Source: Eubacterium sp.
GTDB lineage: Bacteria > Bacillota > Clostridia > Oscillospirales > Acutalibacteraceae
DNA: 64,000 nt
Direction: 5' to 3'
NCBI GenBank assembly: GCA_029258375.1
Contig: JARHZA010000001.1
Span: 599,564-663,563 of the forward strand
The notes beneath the pieces are model-generated. The model did not search any database. It was not told the DNA's origin and worked only from the letters and a program-made list of their open reading frames with translations. A program made the translations under genes and the position numbers. Positions within the stretch are counted from its first letter, which is position 1; every line of letters begins with the position of its first letter. Positions 19,787-29,149 of this stretch are shown here, in pieces.

Positions 19787-20017
19787 ATGAAACAATACGT
19801 TGAGGTAGTTGCAAAATTTGATTTAGATGGAAGAATAATTCCTATATTTGTAAAAATTGAAGATGAAAAATTTGAAATTGATAGAATAATGGATATTAGA
19901 CCGGCTGCGTCACTAAAGTCTGGTGGTGCAGGAATTAGATATACTTGCAGTATTATGGATAGACAATCGTATTTGTTTTTGGAAGAAAATAAATGGTTTA
20001 TTGAACAAATACAGTAA
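19787..20017 (+). CDS. Conserved small protein co-transcribed with the Y-family polymerase (DUF6504-like by resemblance)
   Basis: 76 aa, GAGGTG RBS, 18 bp after the polymerase stop; FEIDRIMDIRPAASLKSGGAGIRYTC and YLFLE..KWF motifs. Confidence 0.75.
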   Translation: MKQYVEVVAKFDLDGRIIPIFVKIEDEKFEIDRIMDIRPAASLKSGGAGIRYTCSIMDRQSYLFLEENKWFIEQIQ

Positions 20018-20027
20018 TAATTTATTA

Positions 20028-20056
20028 TTGCAAACAAAATTTAAAAGTGGTAAAAT
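20028..20056 (+). promoter_or_regulatory. Sigma-A promoter (extended -10)
   Basis: TTGCAA, 17 bp spacer, TAAAAT, with TG two bases upstream of the -10. Confidence 0.7.
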
Positions 20057-20100
20057 ATCTCCGTTAATTATTTAAGAATATATTTAGGAGGATAAATTTT

Positions 20101-21369
20101 ATGGCTAAACTTTACGAAGAAATGTCTGCTGAAGAATTAAAAGCAGAAAGAAAAGCATTAAAAAAACGTTACGATGCATTTAAAGCTCGTGGCTTAAATC
20201 TTGATATGAGCCGTGGTAAGCCTGGTGCAGACCAGCTTGATTTATCAACAGGAATTTATGATATTAAATACTATGTTGCGGATGGTGTTGATGTAAGAAA
20301 CTACGGTATGATGGATGGTATACCAAGTTGTAAAAAACTTTTTGGCGACCTTATGGGTGTTGAAGCAAAAAATGTTATTGTTGGACCTAATGCAAGTCTT
20401 ACACTTATGTTTGACTACATTTCACAGTGTTATACTCATGGCACAGGTGGTAATACTCCTTGGTGTAAACTTCCAGAGGTTAAATTCCTTTGCCCAGTTC
20501 CAGGTTACGACCGTCATTTTACAATTCTTGAACATTTCGGTATTAAAATGATAAATATTGAAATGAAAGAAGACGGCCCAGATATGGATGCTATTGAGGA
20601 ATATATTAAAGACGAATCTGTTAAGGGTATGTTCTGTGTTCCTAAATATTCAAATCCACAAGGCATTACATACAGTGATGATGTTGTTAGAAGAATTGCT
20701 TCAATGAAACCAGCAGCTAAAGATTTTAGAATTATTTGGGACGATGCTTACTGTGTTCACGATTTAGTTGAAGATGGCGATAAGCTTCTTAATATTTTTG
20801 ATATTCTTCCAGAATATGATAATGAAGATATGGTAATTGAAGTATGTTCAACATCAAAAATTACATTCCCTGGTGCAGGTGTTTCTGCAATTATTGCAAG
20901 TGATAAAAATATTGCTGAAATTAAAAAACGTCTTCAAGCTCAAACAATTAGTTACGATAAGATGAACCAACATCGCCATGTACAGTTCTTTGGCAATGTA
21001 GATGGCATTCTTGAACATATGAAAAAACACGCAGCAATTCTTAAACCTAAGTTTGACATTGTTTTAAAACATCTTGATGAAGAACTTTCTGGTAGAGGCA
21101 TTGCAACATGGTTTGACCCTAAGGGTGGATATTTCATTAGCCTTGATGTTATGGAAGGTTGCGCAAAGCGTGTAGGTGAACTTTGTAAAGAAGCAGGCGT
21201 TACACTTACAACAGTAGGTGCAACATACCCATATGGTATTGATCCTAAAAACAGCAATATTCGTATTGCTCCAAGTTTCCCTCCAGTTGAGGAACTTGAC
21301 GTTGCAGCAGAACTTCTTGGTATCTGTGTTCGCCTTGCTTGTATCGAAAAACTTATGGCTAATAACTAA
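20101..21369 (+). CDS. PLP-dependent aminotransferase, aspartate transaminase subgroup Ic-like
   Basis: LDMSRGKP, PVPGYDRHF, VPKYSNPQG, WDDAY, STSKITFPGAG (PLP lysine), PKGGYF and IRIAPS motifs. Confidence 0.88.
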   Translation: MAKLYEEMSAEELKAERKALKKRYDAFKARGLNLDMSRGKPGADQLDLSTGIYDIKYYVADGVDVRNYGMMDGIPSCKKLFGDLMGVEAKNVIVGPNASLTLMFDYISQCYTHGTGGNTPWCKLPEVKFLCPVPGYDRHFTILEHFGIKMINIEMKEDGPDMDAIEEYIKDESVKGMFCVPKYSNPQGITYSDDVVRRIASMKPAAKDFRIIWDDAYCVHDLVEDGDKLLNIFDILPEYDNEDMVIEVCSTSKITFPGAGVSAIIASDKNIAEIKKRLQAQTISYDKMNQHRHVQFFGNVDGILEHMKKHAAILKPKFDIVLKHLDEELSGRGIATWFDPKGGYFISLDVMEGCAKRVGELCKEAGVTLTTVGATYPYGIDPKNSNIRIAPSFPPVEELDVAAELLGICVRLACIEKLMANN

Positions 21370-21375
21370 AAAAAC

Positions 21376-21410
21376 AGGGTGAATGAAAAATCATTCACCC
21401 TTTGATTTTT
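21376..21410 (+). terminator. Intrinsic terminator
   Basis: AGGGTGAATGA-AAAA-TCATTCACCCT followed by a T-rich tail. Confidence 0.75.
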
Positions 21411-21461
21411 ATTAAAATTGTGATATGTACTTTAATAACATTTAACAGCAATAGGAGTTTT

Positions 21462-22349
21462 ATGAGCAAAAGTTTAAATAACAGAACAATGGGAATAGTT
21501 TGTATTTTAATATCTGCAATTTGCTTTACCGGTATGAGCACGTTTGTACGTTTATCGGGCGATTTGCCAACTATTCAAAAAGTGTTTTTTAGAAATTTTG
21601 TTGCAATGTTTTTTGCGCTTTTTGCAATTTTAAAAACACGTGAAAAATTTAAAATAAAAGAAGGATGTTTAAAATTTCATATTCTTCGTTCGCTTGCTGG
21701 TCTTATAGGGGTGTTTGGTAACTTTTATGCAATAACTAAGATTGATTTATCAGATGCATCAATGCTTAACAAAATGAGCCCATTTTTTGCCCTCATCTTT
21801 TCAGCAATTTTTCTTAAAGAAAATGTAAAACCAAAGCAAGCTTTTGCAATAGCGGTAGCTTTTATAGGTGCTTTGTTTATAATTAAACCAACATTTTCAA
21901 ATCAAAATCTTTTAGCAACAATGGCAGGCTTCGTTGGCGGTATGTGTGCAGGTGCCGCATATACTTGCGTTAGATATATGGGAATTAAGGGAGAAAACGG
22001 AAAACTTATTGTGTTGTTTTTCTCAACATTTTCTTGCTTAATAACATTGCCATATTTGATTTTTAATTTCCATTATATGTATTGGTGGCAATGGGTTTAT
22101 CTTCTTCTTGCCGGTGTTTGTGCAGCTGGTGGTCAATTCTCAATTACAGCAGCATATACTTATGCACCAAGTAGAGAGATTTCTATTTACGATTATTCAC
22201 AAATAATATTTGCTGCTATAATCGGTTTTATTGTTTTTAGAGATGTTCCAGATTTGTGGTCATTTGTGGGTTATATTATTATATGTGCAATGGCTATTTG
22301 GATGTATATATACAACAACAAGATTGAAGTATTAAAAAACACTAAATAA
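21462..22349 (+). CDS. EamA/DMT family transporter
   Basis: About 10 TM helices; VFFRNF, LNKMSPFF and GGQFSITAAYTYAP motifs; AGGAG RBS before ATG 21462. Confidence 0.88.
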   Translation: MSKSLNNRTMGIVCILISAICFTGMSTFVRLSGDLPTIQKVFFRNFVAMFFALFAILKTREKFKIKEGCLKFHILRSLAGLIGVFGNFYAITKIDLSDASMLNKMSPFFALIFSAIFLKENVKPKQAFAIAVAFIGALFIIKPTFSNQNLLATMAGFVGGMCAGAAYTCVRYMGIKGENGKLIVLFFSTFSCLITLPYLIFNFHYMYWWQWVYLLLAGVCAAGGQFSITAAYTYAPSREISIYDYSQIIFAAIIGFIVFRDVPDLWSFVGYIIICAMAIWMYIYNNKIEVLKNTK

Positions 22350-22378
22350 ATCAACATATTGGTGTAAAGTGAAAATAC

Positions 22379-22407
22379 TTGCATTTGTCTATATGTTGTG
22401 CTATAAT
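22379..22407 (+). promoter_or_regulatory. Sigma-A promoter of nrdR (extended -10)
   Basis: TTGCAT, 17 bp spacer, TATAAT with an upstream TG. Confidence 0.75.
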
Positions 22408-22443
22408 GTTTCACATAAAAATCTGTAAGGGGGATTTTTTATT

Positions 22444-22887
22444 ATGAGATGTCCATTTTGTGGCTATGAAGAAAGTAAAGTAATCGACTCACGACCTACT
22501 GATGAAAACGAACGTATTCGTCGCCGTAGAGAGTGCATTCAATGTGGTAAACGCTTTACAACTTATGAAACAATAGAAGATGTTCCTATTATTGTTGTAA
22601 AAAAAGATAAGAGCAGAGAAGTGTTTGAAAGAAATAAAGTTTTAAAAGGTATGCTTCGTGCTTGTGAAAAAAGACCTGTTACAGTTAATGAACTTGAAAA
22701 TGCGATTTCAGAGATAGAATCTGCACTTCAAAGTGCAACAGATAGGGAAGTTACAAGTGTTCGAATTGGCGAACTTATTATGGAAAAACTTAAAGGAATA
22801 GATGAAGTTGCTTATGTTCGCTTTGCTTCTGTTTACAAGGAATTTGATTCGGCATCTTCATTTATCGAAGAAATTTCAACATTATAA
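22444..22887 (+). CDS. nrdR: Transcriptional repressor NrdR
   Basis: MRCPFCG...KVIDSRP...IRRRRECIQCGKRFTTYE, ATP cone, VAYVRFASVY. Confidence 0.98.
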   Translation: MRCPFCGYEESKVIDSRPTDENERIRRRRECIQCGKRFTTYETIEDVPIIVVKKDKSREVFERNKVLKGMLRACEKRPVTVNELENAISEIESALQSATDREVTSVRIGELIMEKLKGIDEVAYVRFASVYKEFDSASSFIEEISTL

Positions 22888-22942
22888 TTAAACTGATGTG
22901 GAAAACTACTTAAATCAAGTCATTTTTTTATATTTTATAAAC

Positions 22943-22985
22943 AAAAAAGGTTTAACTCTTTTTGAGTTAAACCTTTTCTTTTTGC
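22943..22985. terminator. Bidirectional terminator between convergent nrdR and glycosyltransferase genes
   Basis: AAAAGGTTTAACTC-TTTTT-GAGTTAAACCTTTT with A- and T-rich flanks. Confidence 0.8.
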
Positions 22986-22990
22986 TTTAT

Positions 22991-24190
22991 TTAGTATTTA
23001 AAAGTTTCTCTGTCTTTTCCTTCTTTGTAGAAATTTTCTATAACAATACTGTATCTTTCGTATGCTTTTTTTACCGCATCTTTTCTACTTAAATATATTT
23101 TATCTTGAGCATTTTTACCAACTTCTTTTAACAATTCTTTATTATACATAATTGACTCAAGTTTTTGAGCAATACTCATAACACTTTCTCTGCATAAGAA
23201 ACCAGTTTCGCAATCTGTAATGCCTTCAGCAGCACAAGAATTTTCAATTAAAAGAGATGGAGTGGCACACGATGCAGCTTCTCTAACCACAAGACCGTTT
23301 GTATCAAAAACAGAAGGAAAAAGAAGTATATCAGATATTCCGTAATATCCTTGAATTTCGTCTCTATCAAGAATTTTGCCTGTCCAAACTATCTTATCTT
23401 CAATGCCAATCTTTTTATAATATCTTTTTATTGCTAATTCGTCAGCACCAAAACCAAGCATAATAAGTCTAAAATCATTACCATTATCTTTTAGTGCTTT
23501 GCAGGCGTCAAGAAGGAGTTTTATATTTTTATACCAAATCATTCTGCCTGTATAAATAAATATTGGCATATCGTTAGGAAGATTATGTTTTCTTCTTATC
23601 ATATCAATAAGTTCATCAGACACATTTGTTTTTTGCATATCACAACCATTTGGCATAACAACATAATCACCAGTGTATCCAAGTTTTCTAAGACTTTCAA
23701 CAGATCCTTCACTTGTAACCCAAACTTCGTCTGCTGCGTTTATATTGTTAAGAAGAAATTTATATGCAAAATCTCTTGCACTTTTTAGCGGAATTCTCTT
23801 ATCAATATCATACTCGTATTTTGTATGATAAGTTAAAACAGTAGGAATTCTTTTTTTTCTGTTTACAAGTCTAAAGTAATAACTTGTTGCAAGAGGAGCA
23901 TGGCTATGAAGTAAATCAAAATTTTTATTGATTATGTCATAACTAAGTGATTCTTTAAAAGGCCAGCCAACACTATAACCCTCTTTTGAAGGAATCCACC
24001 AACTTTTATACCTAAAGATTTCATAAGGATATTTGTAGTCTTGCTCATTTGGATTTTTAGGTGTTATAACAACAGCCTCTCCAAAATTTTTATTTAATAT
24101 TTCAGCATAACTCTGCGCAACATTACTAATGCCATCTGTTGTTGGAGGAAAAGCATCAGAGCCAATTGCTATTTTCAGTTTTTTATTCAT
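22991..24190 (-). CDS. GT4 family glycosyltransferase (glycolipid synthase-like)
   Basis: SDAFPPTTDG, HSHAP, TYHTKY, YTGRMIWYKNI and FPSVFDTNGLVVREAA motifs. Confidence 0.85.
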   Translation of the reverse strand: MNKKLKIAIGSDAFPPTTDGISNVAQSYAEILNKNFGEAVVITPKNPNEQDYKYPYEIFRYKSWWIPSKEGYSVGWPFKESLSYDIINKNFDLLHSHAPLATSYYFRLVNRKKRIPTVLTYHTKYEYDIDKRIPLKSARDFAYKFLLNNINAADEVWVTSEGSVESLRKLGYTGDYVVMPNGCDMQKTNVSDELIDMIRRKHNLPNDMPIFIYTGRMIWYKNIKLLLDACKALKDNGNDFRLIMLGFGADELAIKRYYKKIGIEDKIVWTGKILDRDEIQGYYGISDILLFPSVFDTNGLVVREAASCATPSLLIENSCAAEGITDCETGFLCRESVMSIAQKLESIMYNKELLKEVGKNAQDKIYLSRKDAVKKAYERYSIVIENFYKEGKDRETFKY

Positions 24191-24345
24191 ATTTTTATTT
24201 GCACCTTGTTTGTGAATTTATTTCTGTTTTTCGTAAACTTAGATAAATATATCATAAATCAAAATTAAAGTAAATCTTATTGGTGAATAATAGATAATTT
24301 GTTTATAAACAAAACGAAAAGCAAATGTGAAATAAAGAATTTATT

Positions 24346-24394
24346 TTGCGTGATTGCCACTTGATTATATAATATAGTTTATTATATAATATAG
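24346..24394 (+). promoter_or_regulatory. Tandem sigma-A promoter candidates for hprK
   Basis: TTGCGT-16-TATAAT (24368-24373) and TTGATT-18-TATAAT (24385-24390), lying within a 14-bp direct repeat. Confidence 0.45.
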
Positions 24395-24436
24395 AGTGTA
24401 TAATATAAAAATAATAATTATAGGAGGCGATGTGTT

Positions 24437-25402
24437 GTGAACGCAGGTTATTCAGTAAGTTTGCAAAAAGTTATAGATGCACATGAATTAGAAGTAGTAT
24501 ATCTACCAAAATCAGCAAATGAAATACTGATTACATCAAGTGAAATAAATCGTCCGGGTATAGCTCTTTCTGGATATACAGATTATTTTGATCCAAGAAG
24601 AATACAGATTTTAGGATGGACTGAACTTTGCTTTTTAGAAAATATGGATTGTAAGGGCCAAAAAGAGGCTCTTGGTAAATGGTTAAGTCTTAGTCCTGCT
24701 GCAGTAGTTGTAACAAGAGGTCTTGAAGTTCCAGACTATTTTGTTAGTTCTTGTGAAGAATATAAAATTCCTCTTCTTAAAACAAATGATGTTACATCGT
24801 CATTTCTTGCAACACTTATTCAGTATCTTAACACAAGCCTTGCACCACGTATTACAAGACACGGTGTTTTGTGTGAAGTATATGGTGAAGGTGTTCTTAT
24901 TATTGGCGAAAGTGGTGCAGGTAAATCTGAAACTGCAGTAGAACTTATAAAACGTGGTCACCGCTTGATTGCTGATGATGCCGTTGAAATAAGAAGAACA
25001 GATGCACATACTCTTATTGGTGCATCTCCAAATAATATAAGGCACTTTATCGAACTACGTGGTATAGGCATTATAAATGCAAGAAGACTTTTTGGTATGG
25101 GTGCTGTTAAAGCATCTGAAAAAATAAATATGGTAATTCAACTTGAACCTTGGGATGCAACAAAAGCATACGATAGACTTGGTCTTGATAATGAATATAC
25201 AATGATTTTAGATGTTAAAGTTCCTGTAATAACAGTTCCTGTTAATCCAGGCCGTAACCTTGCGGTTATTATTGAAACTGCTGCAATGAATAACCGTCAA
25301 AAGAAAATGGGTTATAATGCAGCACGTGAACTTATTGTTGGGCTTGGTATGGAAGATATTGAACCTGGCGAAAAGGAACTTGAAATTTGGAAAAATTCTT
25401 AA
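24437..25402 (+). CDS. hprK: HPr kinase/phosphorylase
   Basis: GVLIIGESGAGKSETAVELIKRGHRLIADD, IELRGIGII and PGRNLAVIIE motifs. Confidence 0.97.
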   Translation: MNAGYSVSLQKVIDAHELEVVYLPKSANEILITSSEINRPGIALSGYTDYFDPRRIQILGWTELCFLENMDCKGQKEALGKWLSLSPAAVVVTRGLEVPDYFVSSCEEYKIPLLKTNDVTSSFLATLIQYLNTSLAPRITRHGVLCEVYGEGVLIIGESGAGKSETAVELIKRGHRLIADDAVEIRRTDAHTLIGASPNNIRHFIELRGIGIINARRLFGMGAVKASEKINMVIQLEPWDATKAYDRLGLDNEYTMILDVKVPVITVPVNPGRNLAVIIETAAMNNRQKKMGYNAARELIVGLGMEDIEPGEKELEIWKNS

Positions 25403-25425
25403 TTTGATTTGATAGGAGAAATTTT

Positions 25426-26376
25426 GTGTATAGTATAGGAATTGATTTAGGTGGAACAAACATCGTTGCATCTGTTGTAAATGATAAATATGAAATTTTA
25501 GGAACTGGTTCAACACCAACCAATCTTCCAAGATCGGCAGAAGAAATTTTTGATGACATTGCTTATGCTTGCCGTGCTGCTATGGAAGAAGCAAAAGTTG
25601 AACTTAGTGATATTTCATCTGTTGGTATGGGAACTCCAGGAACAGTTAATAGCGAAGGCATAATTGAATTTTCAAATAATCTTAAATTTGATCATGTTGA
25701 TGCAAGAGCATTGCTTAAAGAACGTCTTGGCGAAGTTGAAATTTATTTAGAAAATGATGCAAACTGTGCAGCTCTTGGAGAAGCTTATGCTGGTTGTGGT
25801 TGCGGTTCTAAAAACTTTGTTGCCGTAACTCTTGGAACTGGTGTAGGTTCAGGTATTATTTTAAATGGAAAAATTGTAAGCGGTGTAAACTGTGCTGGCG
25901 GTGAATGTGGACATACAGTTATAGTTTTAGACGGTGAACCTTGTAACTGTGGCAGAAATGGTTGTTGGGAAGCTTATGCATCTGCAACTGCACTTATTCG
26001 TCAAACAAAAGATGCAATGAATAAAAATCCTAATTCTGTTATGCACGAAATTGCAAAAGCAGAAGGCAAGGTTAGTGGAAGAACTGCATTTGACGCTATG
26101 AGAAAAGGCGATAAAGCAGGCAGCGAAGTGGTTGATAACTATATCAAATATGTATCTTGTGGCTTAGTTAACCTTGTAAATATCTTTCAACCAGAAGTTA
26201 TTTGTATTGGTGGTGGAATTTGCAACGAAGGCGAAACTCTCCTTAAACCAATTCGTGATTATGTAGCAAAAGAAAGATATTCAGTACATAGTAAAATTCA
26301 AACAAAAATAGTTAAAGCTGAACTTGGAAATAATGCTGGTATAATTGGTGCAGCGCTTCTTGGTTCAATTCAGTAA
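25426..26376 (+). CDS. glcK: ROK-family sugar kinase (glucokinase-like)
   Basis: GIDLGGT, ENDANCAALGE, TLGTGVGSG, GECGH and CNCGRNGCWE motifs. Confidence 0.85.
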   Translation: MYSIGIDLGGTNIVASVVNDKYEILGTGSTPTNLPRSAEEIFDDIAYACRAAMEEAKVELSDISSVGMGTPGTVNSEGIIEFSNNLKFDHVDARALLKERLGEVEIYLENDANCAALGEAYAGCGCGSKNFVAVTLGTGVGSGIILNGKIVSGVNCAGGECGHTVIVLDGEPCNCGRNGCWEAYASATALIRQTKDAMNKNPNSVMHEIAKAEGKVSGRTAFDAMRKGDKAGSEVVDNYIKYVSCGLVNLVNIFQPEVICIGGGICNEGETLLKPIRDYVAKERYSVHSKIQTKIVKAELGNNAGIIGAALLGSIQ

Positions 26377-27284
26377 TGGTGGTTTTTTTGAGTATTATTG
26401 AACTTGCAAAACAATTAGATATAAAATATCTTGAAAATGAGCCTATGAGCTCCCACACAACTTTTAGAGTTGGAGGTAATGCAAATTTAATGTTATTTCC
26501 TAAAACAGAAGATGATGTTGTGGAAATCGTTAAATATTGCAATGAAAATAGTATAAGACTTTTAGCCATTGGCAATGGTTCAAATCTACTTGTTTCAGAT
26601 GATGGTATTGATGCTTGTGTAATTTGTTTTGATAGCAACTTTTCACAAATTAAGTTGATTGATGATGAAACAATTTTTGCAGAAAGTGGCGCTTCTTTAA
26701 TGCGTGTTTGCCGTTTTGCACTCGAAAATAGTCTTTCAGGATTGGAATTTGCATTTGGAATCCCGGGCTCTTGTGGTGGTGCTGCATTTATGAATGCTGG
26801 CGCTTATGGTGGCGAAATGAAAGATGTGCTTTATAAGTGCACTCATATTGATGAAAATGGCAATAAAGGCTTTTTGGAAAACGAAGATTTGAAATTAACT
26901 TATCGTCATTCTGCTTATTATGACAATGGCTCAATTATTACAGGTCTTTATTTAAAATTAAAAAAAGATAAACAAGAAGATATTAAAGCAAGAATGAATG
27001 ATTTTCTTCAAAGAAGAAAAGACAAACAACCTCTTGAATATCCAAGTGCTGGCTCAACTTTTAAAAGACCAGAAGGGTATTTTGCAGGAGCTTTAATTGA
27101 ACAATGTAACCTTAAAGGCAAGTCTGTTGGTGGTGCACAAGTTAGTGAAAAACACGCCGGTTTTGTAATTAACAAAGGTGGTGCAACCTGTAAAGATATA
27201 CTTGAACTTTGCGATTTGTGCAGCCAAACAGTTCTTCGTGAAAAAGGTGTAAAACTTGAAATGGAAATTAGGGTAACAAAATAA
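26376..27284 (+). CDS. murB: UDP-N-acetylenolpyruvoylglucosamine reductase
   Basis: HTTFRVGG, GNGSNLL, GIPGSCGGAAFMNAGAYG, QPLEYPSAGSTFKRP and VSEKHAGF motifs. Start may instead be TTG 26388. Confidence 0.97.
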   Translation: MVVFLSIIELAKQLDIKYLENEPMSSHTTFRVGGNANLMLFPKTEDDVVEIVKYCNENSIRLLAIGNGSNLLVSDDGIDACVICFDSNFSQIKLIDDETIFAESGASLMRVCRFALENSLSGLEFAFGIPGSCGGAAFMNAGAYGGEMKDVLYKCTHIDENGNKGFLENEDLKLTYRHSAYYDNGSIITGLYLKLKKDKQEDIKARMNDFLQRRKDKQPLEYPSAGSTFKRPEGYFAGALIEQCNLKGKSVGGAQVSEKHAGFVINKGGATCKDILELCDLCSQTVLREKGVKLEMEIRVTK

Positions 27285-28156
27285 TGGGAAATGAACAAAA
27301 GGAACTTGTAATCATAACAGGTGTTTCAGGTGCAGGAAAAACTTCAGCAGTTGGTTTTATGGAAGATGTTGGTTATTATTGTATTGATAATATGCCACCA
27401 TTTCTTTTAACAACTTTTCTTGAACTTTTAGCAGCACACAGCGAGCATAATAAAATTGCCGTTGTTGTAGATATTCGTTCAACAGAAAATTTTGATTCTG
27501 TAGTATCAGCGCTTGATGATGTAGAGCGTTTTAACTATAACGTTAAAATGGTTTATCTTGATATAAAAAATCATATTGCACTAAAACGTTATAAGTTAAC
27601 AAGACGAAAACATCCTTTTGCAGATAGATTTAATGGCGAAATCACACAAGCCCTTGAATATGAAAAAGAGATTCTTGCCCCTCTTCGTTTAAGAGCAGAT
27701 TTTGTTATTGATACTTCTGATATGACAAGCAATCAACTTCGCAACCGATTAACTCAAATTCTTCTTGGTGATGAAAAAGATGTTATGAATATTCACGTAA
27801 TGTCTTTTGGTTTTAAACACGGAGTTCCAACAGAAGCAGATTTTGTTATTGATGTTAGATGTTTGCCTAATCCATATTGGGTAGAAAACTTAAAAAATAA
27901 AACCGGTCTTGATAAAGAAGTTAGAGATTATGTTTTCTCTTTTGATGAGTCAAAAAAACTTCTTGAAAAATTAACGGATATGCTTGACTTTTTAACTCCT
28001 CTTTACATAAAAGAAGGTAAGAGTCAAATAATTTTTGCAATAGGTTGCACAGGTGGTAATCATAGGTCTGTTGCAATCGCTGAGGCACTAAAAGAACATT
28101 TTGAAGAAAATTGGGATAATGTTTCAGTAAATCATAGAGATATTGATAGAAAATAG
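27284..28156 (+). CDS. rapZ: RapZ/YvcJ P-loop protein
   Basis: TGVSGAGKT, YCIDNMP, SFGFKHG, DVRCLPNP and IGCTGGNHRSV motifs. Confidence 0.95.
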   Translation: MGNEQKELVIITGVSGAGKTSAVGFMEDVGYYCIDNMPPFLLTTFLELLAAHSEHNKIAVVVDIRSTENFDSVVSALDDVERFNYNVKMVYLDIKNHIALKRYKLTRRKHPFADRFNGEITQALEYEKEILAPLRLRADFVIDTSDMTSNQLRNRLTQILLGDEKDVMNIHVMSFGFKHGVPTEADFVIDVRCLPNPYWVENLKNKTGLDKEVRDYVFSFDESKKLLEKLTDMLDFLTPLYIKEGKSQIIFAIGCTGGNHRSVAIAEALKEHFEENWDNVSVNHRDIDRK

Positions 28157-28166
28157 GTAAAAAATA

Positions 28167-29057
28167 ATGTCGTTTTCAATGCAAGTAAAAGATGAACTTG
28201 TGAAAACTGAATATGAAAATAGCTGTTGTAGACGCTCTCTCCTTTATGGAATGTGCATTTTTGGAAAAAGTTTTTCAACTTATGGCGTTGCACTTCAATC
28301 TGAAAATGAAAATGTTGTAAATCTTTATGCAGAACTTTTAAAAGAAATTTGTAACGTTGAAACAGAAGTTAAAAGATCTCCAAAAGGAAGAAATTTTACA
28401 GTATCTATTGAAGATAAAAATGATTGTTTAAAAATTCTTAAATTTTTTGGTCACGATGGTGTTGGCAGTATAAAAATAAATCATTCAAATTTCGACTGTG
28501 AAGTTTGTGCAAACGCTTTTGTGGCAGGCGCATTTATGTCTTGTGGAACTGTTTCATCTCCAGAAAAGGATTATCATTTAGAGTTTACAATTCCTTTTCT
28601 TAATCTTTCAAAAAGTCTTTTAACACTTCTTGATGAAATGGAACTTAATCCAAAATATACTAACAGAAAAGGTTATAACATCGTTTATTTTAAAGAAAGT
28701 GAATCAATAGAAGATTGCCTTTATATTATGGGTGCTTCTGGTTCAATGTTTGAAATGATGAATGTTAAAATTGTAAAAGATTTTAGAAATAAAGCAAATA
28801 GACAGGCGAATTGTGAGTCTGCTAATATTAACAGAATGGTTAATGCTGTGGCAGTTCAAATTAGAGCTATTGAAAAAATATGGAAAGAAAAAGGCGAAGA
28901 GTTTTTGCCTGAAAATTTAACTGCAATAGCAAAGTTAAGGTATGATAATCCAGAACTTAGCCTATCTGAACTTGCAAAAATGTGTAACCCACCTTTAAGT
29001 AGAAGTGGTGTAAATCACAGACTTAAAAGAATCGTTGATATAGCAAATGATTTGTAA
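28167..29057 (+). CDS. whiA: DNA-binding protein WhiA
   Basis: MSFSMQVKDEL, GAFMSCG, NRQANCESAN, R...PELSL.EL and SRSGVNHRL motifs. Confidence 0.95.
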   Translation: MSFSMQVKDELVKTEYENSCCRRSLLYGMCIFGKSFSTYGVALQSENENVVNLYAELLKEICNVETEVKRSPKGRNFTVSIEDKNDCLKILKFFGHDGVGSIKINHSNFDCEVCANAFVAGAFMSCGTVSSPEKDYHLEFTIPFLNLSKSLLTLLDEMELNPKYTNRKGYNIVYFKESESIEDCLYIMGASGSMFEMMNVKIVKDFRNKANRQANCESANINRMVNAVAVQIRAIEKIWKEKGEEFLPENLTAIAKLRYDNPELSLSELAKMCNPPLSRSGVNHRLKRIVDIANDL

Positions 29058-29149
29058 ATTACATATTGTAAGTTATAGAATAAAATTAAATTTGTTTAGT
29101 CTAAACTTATTCAATTCAGAAATTTTGTAAATTTAAGGAAGAACAGTAT

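Noticed and set aside
20101-21369. Aminotransferase as a stand-in for the missing hisC
   Set aside because: Its motifs match the subgroup Ic aspartate transaminases rather than HisC, and it has its own promoter far from the his genes; nothing in the sequence supports the link.
22898-23092. 64-aa plus-strand ORF after nrdR
   Set aside because: Runs through a bidirectional terminator and antisense into the glycosyltransferase; F/L-rich low-complexity sequence with a weak start.
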